From assembly GCA_963769935.1 (NCBI GenBank), contig CAVYNY010000010.1, positions 96,001 through 160,000 on the forward strand: a DNA stretch of 64,000 nucleotides, read 5' to 3'. The stretch is from an uncultured delta proteobacterium (lineage in GTDB: Bacteria > Desulfobacterota > Desulfobacteria > Desulfobacterales > JAFDCJ01). Every line of letters starts with the position of its first letter. Position 1 is the first letter of the stretch. Under the pieces are notes generated by a model that worked only from the letters and a program-made list of their open reading frames with translations, was not told where the DNA came from and did not search any database. Made by a program: the position numbers and the translations under genes. Of the stretch, positions 60,704 to 64,000 are shown in pieces.

Positions 60704-62173
60704 ATGGGCAAACCGACAGGATTCAAGGAATACGACCGGGAGCTTCCCGCAAAACGGCCCGTGCAAGAGCGGATAAAGGATTTTAAGGAAATCTATCTGC
60801 CCTTTCCAACGGAAAATCTCAAAAAACAGGCGGCCCGCTGCATGGATTGCGGCGTGCCGACCTGCCATGCCGGCTGCCCCTTGGGCAATCTGATACCGGA
60901 CTGGAACGATTTCGTCTATTACGACCGCTGGCGCGATGCGCTTGGGCTGCTTTTGCTGACCAACAATTTTCCGGAAGTTACCGGCCGGCTCTGTCCGGCG
61001 CCCTGTGAGGAAGCCTGTGTTCTGGGCATCAATGAACCGCCGGTGACCATCGAGCAGATTGAAAAGGATATCATTGAACATGCCTTTGAGCAGGGCTGGA
61101 TTCAACCTGAGCCGCCGGAAAAACGAACCGGAAAAACGGTGGCGGTGATCGGGTCGGGCCCTGCGGGTCTGGCGTGCGCGCAGCAACTGAACCGCGCCGG
61201 GCACACCGTAACCGTATACGAGCGCGCCGACCGCATCGGCGGGCTTCTCAGATACGGAATTCCGGATTTCAAGCTGGAAAAACGGGTGCTGGACCGGCGC
61301 CTGGAACTTATGCGCCAGGAAGGTATTTGCTTTGAGGCCGGGGTCAATGCCGGGGTGGACCTGACACCGGAAGATCTCAATGGATTTGATGCCACCGTGA
61401 TTTGTACCGGGGCGACAATTCCCCGTGACCTGCCGATACCCGGACGCAACCTCAAAGGAATCCATTTTGCCATGGATTTTTTAGCCCGCCAGAACCGTTT
61501 AATCGCCGGGGACAGCCTCGCGCGGCTGAATGTCGATTTGATTTCCGCCGCCGACAAACATGTGGTGGTTATCGGCGGCGGCGACACCGGCAGCGACTGC
61601 ATCGGTACCTGCATTCGCCAGAAGGCCAAATCCGTGACCAATTTCGAGCTTTTTCCGAAACCCCCCGAGAATCGACCGGAAAGGCAACCCTGGCCTTTCT
61701 GGCCCGTCAGGATGCGCTCCAGTGCTTCCCATGAAGAGGGCTGCCGCCGGCAGTGGGGAATATCAACCAAAGCGTTTATCGGTAAGGCGGATAAAATCGC
61801 TAAACTGGCAACAATTGATGTTGAATTTGTAATCGACGGCCAAGGGCGCACCACGATGCGGGAAGTGGCCGGCTCAGAACGCGAATGGCAGGCCGACCTG
61901 GTGCTGCTCGCCTTAGGTTTCACAGGACCGGAGTCCAATACGATTGTCAGCGCCTGCAATCTGGACCTGGATGAACGCAGCAGCATTCAAATCGACAGCA
62001 ACTACATGACGAATAAACCGGGTATTTTTGCAGCCGGCGATGCCCAACGGGGCCAGTCTCTGATTGTGTGGGCCATTTCCGAAGGGCGTGAGGCGGCGCG
62101 CTGTGTGGATGCCTACTTAATGGGGGCTTCGGCCCTGCCCGCCAAAGGCGGTGGGGATTTACCCAGAATTTAA
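60704..62173 (+). CDS. gltD: Glutamate synthase small subunit
   Basis: MGKPTGF, RCMDCGVPTC, GSGPAG, GGGDTGSDC, GQSLIVWAI. Confidence 0.96.
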   Translation: MGKPTGFKEYDRELPAKRPVQERIKDFKEIYLPFPTENLKKQAARCMDCGVPTCHAGCPLGNLIPDWNDFVYYDRWRDALGLLLLTNNFPEVTGRLCPAPCEEACVLGINEPPVTIEQIEKDIIEHAFEQGWIQPEPPEKRTGKTVAVIGSGPAGLACAQQLNRAGHTVTVYERADRIGGLLRYGIPDFKLEKRVLDRRLELMRQEGICFEAGVNAGVDLTPEDLNGFDATVICTGATIPRDLPIPGRNLKGIHFAMDFLARQNRLIAGDSLARLNVDLISAADKHVVVIGGGDTGSDCIGTCIRQKAKSVTNFELFPKPPENRPERQPWPFWPVRMRSSASHEEGCRRQWGISTKAFIGKADKIAKLATIDVEFVIDGQGRTTMREVAGSEREWQADLVLLALGFTGPESNTIVSACNLDLDERSSIQIDSNYMTNKPGIFAAGDAQRGQSLIVWAISEGREAARCVDAYLMGASALPAKGGGDLPRI

Positions 62174-62264
62174 AGTATGCGGGTTCACCTTTCAGGGCTC
62201 AAAAGGTAAAAAAAGCTTTCGAATGAGGCTCCGTCTCGCGGAAAAGCGAACGGCAGAATTTCAA

Positions 62265-64000
62265 ATGATGAATGGCAACCAATCCAATAATGGCGGACTG
62301 AGCTGTCCCTCATGCCGGCACAGGAACCCCGGGGAAGCCAAATTCTGTCAGCAGTGCGGACGGCAACTCCAGCGCATCTGCGCCGGCTGCCAAACTGAAA
62401 TTTCACCGGATGCCAAGTTCTGCCACCGCTGCGGCCGCCCGACCGGCAATGCCGTCGGTCGCAGCCCGGCAAACCGTGCCTATACACCCCAGTATCTGGC
62501 CGACAAGATCCTGACCTCCCGCAGCGCGTTGGAGGGTGAACGCAAACAGGTAACCGTTCTTTTTGCGGATATCAAGGGATCCATGCAGTTGGCCGAGCAG
62601 GTCGATCCCGAAGACTGGCACGGCATTCTGGATGAATTCTTCCAAATACTGGCGGCCGGCATTCATCGTTTTGAAGGCACGATCAACCAGTACACCGGTG
62701 ACGGCATCATGGCTCTTTTCGGCGCGCCCATCGCTCACGAAGATCATGCTTTGCGCGCCTGTTATGCCGCCCTTTATTTGCAAAGGATGCTGCGAAATCA
62801 TGCCGATCAGCTGCGGGTAAAGCGGGGGCTTAATTTCGGCGTGCGCATGGGGTTAAACTCCGGAGAAGTCGTGGTAGGCAGAATCGGAGACGATCTGCGT
62901 ATGGACTATACCGCCCAGGGCCAGACAGTTGGGTTGGCGGCCCGCATGGAGCAGCTCGCCGAGTCCGGTTGCGTCTATGTTACCGAGCACACTAAGACAC
63001 TCATCGAGGGCTTCTTCAAATTACGTGATCTTGGAATGTCTTCCATCAAGGGCGTGACGCAACCGGTGCGAATATATGCACTGGAAGGAATCCGAGAAGA
63101 TCGAACTCGCCTGGATATCTCCCAGGAGCGGGGTTTTTCCCGCTTTATCGGACGCGGCAATGAAATGGCCGTTCTTCAATCCGCTTATCTGCGCGCCTTA
63201 AATAACAAGGGCAACGTGGTCGGCATCGTCGGTGAGCCGGGTGTCGGTAAAAGCCGGCTGTGCTATGAATTTCTAGAACTCAACCGCAAATCGGATGTTA
63301 CCATTTGTGAAACGAGTTGCGCCTCTCACATTAAAACCGTCCCTTTACTGCCCGTCTTGCAGCTGCTGCGAAGCTTCTTTGGCATCAACTCCCAGGAGCG
63401 TGAAGAGGACGCCCGTAAAAAAATTGCCGGCACATTGATTTTGCTGGACGACGCCTTTAAAGATACGCTGTCGCTCTGGTTTGACTTCCTGGCGGTCGCC
63501 GATCGTAAACAGCCGGCAATCAGGGTAAATGGGGAAGAACGCCAACGGAAACTATTCGCCCTGATCCAGCGTCTGATCCAGACGATGTCCAAACGGGAGC
63601 CTCTGATTATTCTGGTTGAAGATCTTCACTGGATCGACCCCTCAAGCGATTCCTTCGTTGCCCGTCTGGTTGACGCCGTAACCGATACCAGAACTTTGCT
63701 GCTGCTGAACTTCCGCCCCGAGTATCGCCGGGAATGGATGAACCGATCCATTTACCGGCGTCTTCCAATTCCGGCCCTTGACACTGCGGCCTCCAAGGCG
63801 ATGTTGGAAGACCTCCTCGGCAGCGATCCGTCGCTGAAAAATCTGACACCCAGACTCGCTTCACGTGCGCTCGGCAACCCCTACTTCATCGAGGAGCTGG
63901 TTCGGTCGCTGGTGGAAGCCGGCAATCTTGCCGGCCGGCGCAGTGCTTATCGTCTGGTGAAACCCTTAAAATCTCAAACGCTGCCCCGTACGGTTCAGGC
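62265..64000 (+). CDS. Double zinc ribbon-class III nucleotide cyclase-AAA (STAND) protein, truncated by the window edge
   Basis: CPSC..KFCQQCG..CAGC..KFCHRCG; GERKQVTVLFADIKGS; YTGDGIMALFGAP; FIGR; GEPGVGKSRL; EDLHWID; GNPYFIEEL. Absent from the ORF track because it has no stop in the window. Confidence 0.92.
   Translation, partial: MMNGNQSNNGGLSCPSCRHRNPGEAKFCQQCGRQLQRICAGCQTEISPDAKFCHRCGRPTGNAVGRSPANRAYTPQYLADKILTSRSALEGERKQVTVLFADIKGSMQLAEQVDPEDWHGILDEFFQILAAGIHRFEGTINQYTGDGIMALFGAPIAHEDHALRACYAALYLQRMLRNHADQLRVKRGLNFGVRMGLNSGEVVVGRIGDDLRMDYTAQGQTVGLAARMEQLAESGCVYVTEHTKTLIEGFFKLRDLGMSSIKGVTQPVRIYALEGIREDRTRLDISQERGFSRFIGRGNEMAVLQSAYLRALNNKGNVVGIVGEPGVGKSRLCYEFLELNRKSDVTICETSCASHIKTVPLLPVLQLLRSFFGINSQEREEDARKKIAGTLILLDDAFKDTLSLWFDFLAVADRKQPAIRVNGEERQRKLFALIQRLIQTMSKREPLIILVEDLHWIDPSSDSFVARLVDAVTDTRTLLLLNFRPEYRREWMNRSIYRRLPIPALDTAASKAMLEDLLGSDPSLKNLTPRLASRALGNPYFIEELVRSLVEAGNLAGRRSAYRLVKPLKSQTLPRTVQ

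Overview
Ordinary chromosomal backbone of a Desulfobacterota (Desulfobacterales-like) bacterium; the taxon is inferred from gene content and order. I found no rRNA, tRNA, CRISPR array, integrase or transposase. Blocks in order: (1) FmdB zinc ribbon, Fur-FeoA regulator, an internally deleted PflX-type radical SAM gene, phosphoesterase, SH3, PfkB and TPR genes. (2) A sigma-54 two-component pair divergent from an xre-pilMNOPQ type IV pilus operon, with a convergent PilF/Tgl-like lipoprotein. (3) Housekeeping genes (thrC, serS, 5-FTHF cyclo-ligase, K+ channel, pcm, coaD, rsmD, ntrX/ntrY, DUF4390, lpxC, comM). (4) A more accessory stretch at 29-44 kb (M23, S9 peptidase, YcaQ, DsbA/Rv2466c-like protein, Cache protein plus MCP, SLT, several lipoproteins, B3/4 protein, ClpP-like lipoprotein). 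(5) FAD oxidase and a Liv-type ABC transporter. (6) A GAF sigma-54 activator divergent from glnK-amtB-gltB-gltD. (7) The 5' part of a zinc-ribbon/cyclase/AAA gene that runs off the window. Most notable observations: a probable selenoprotein missed by the ORF track (Rv2466c/DsbA family, in-frame TGA giving U-P-W-C, followed by a SECIS-like hairpin); a lipoprotein ClpP-family protease under a sigma-54 promoter; a sigma-28 operon pairing a stand-alone periplasmic Cache-like protein with a HAMP-less chemoreceptor; and recurring inverted heptamer-repeat arrays in intergenic spacers. All family assignments come from recognising motifs by eye; no database searches were run.
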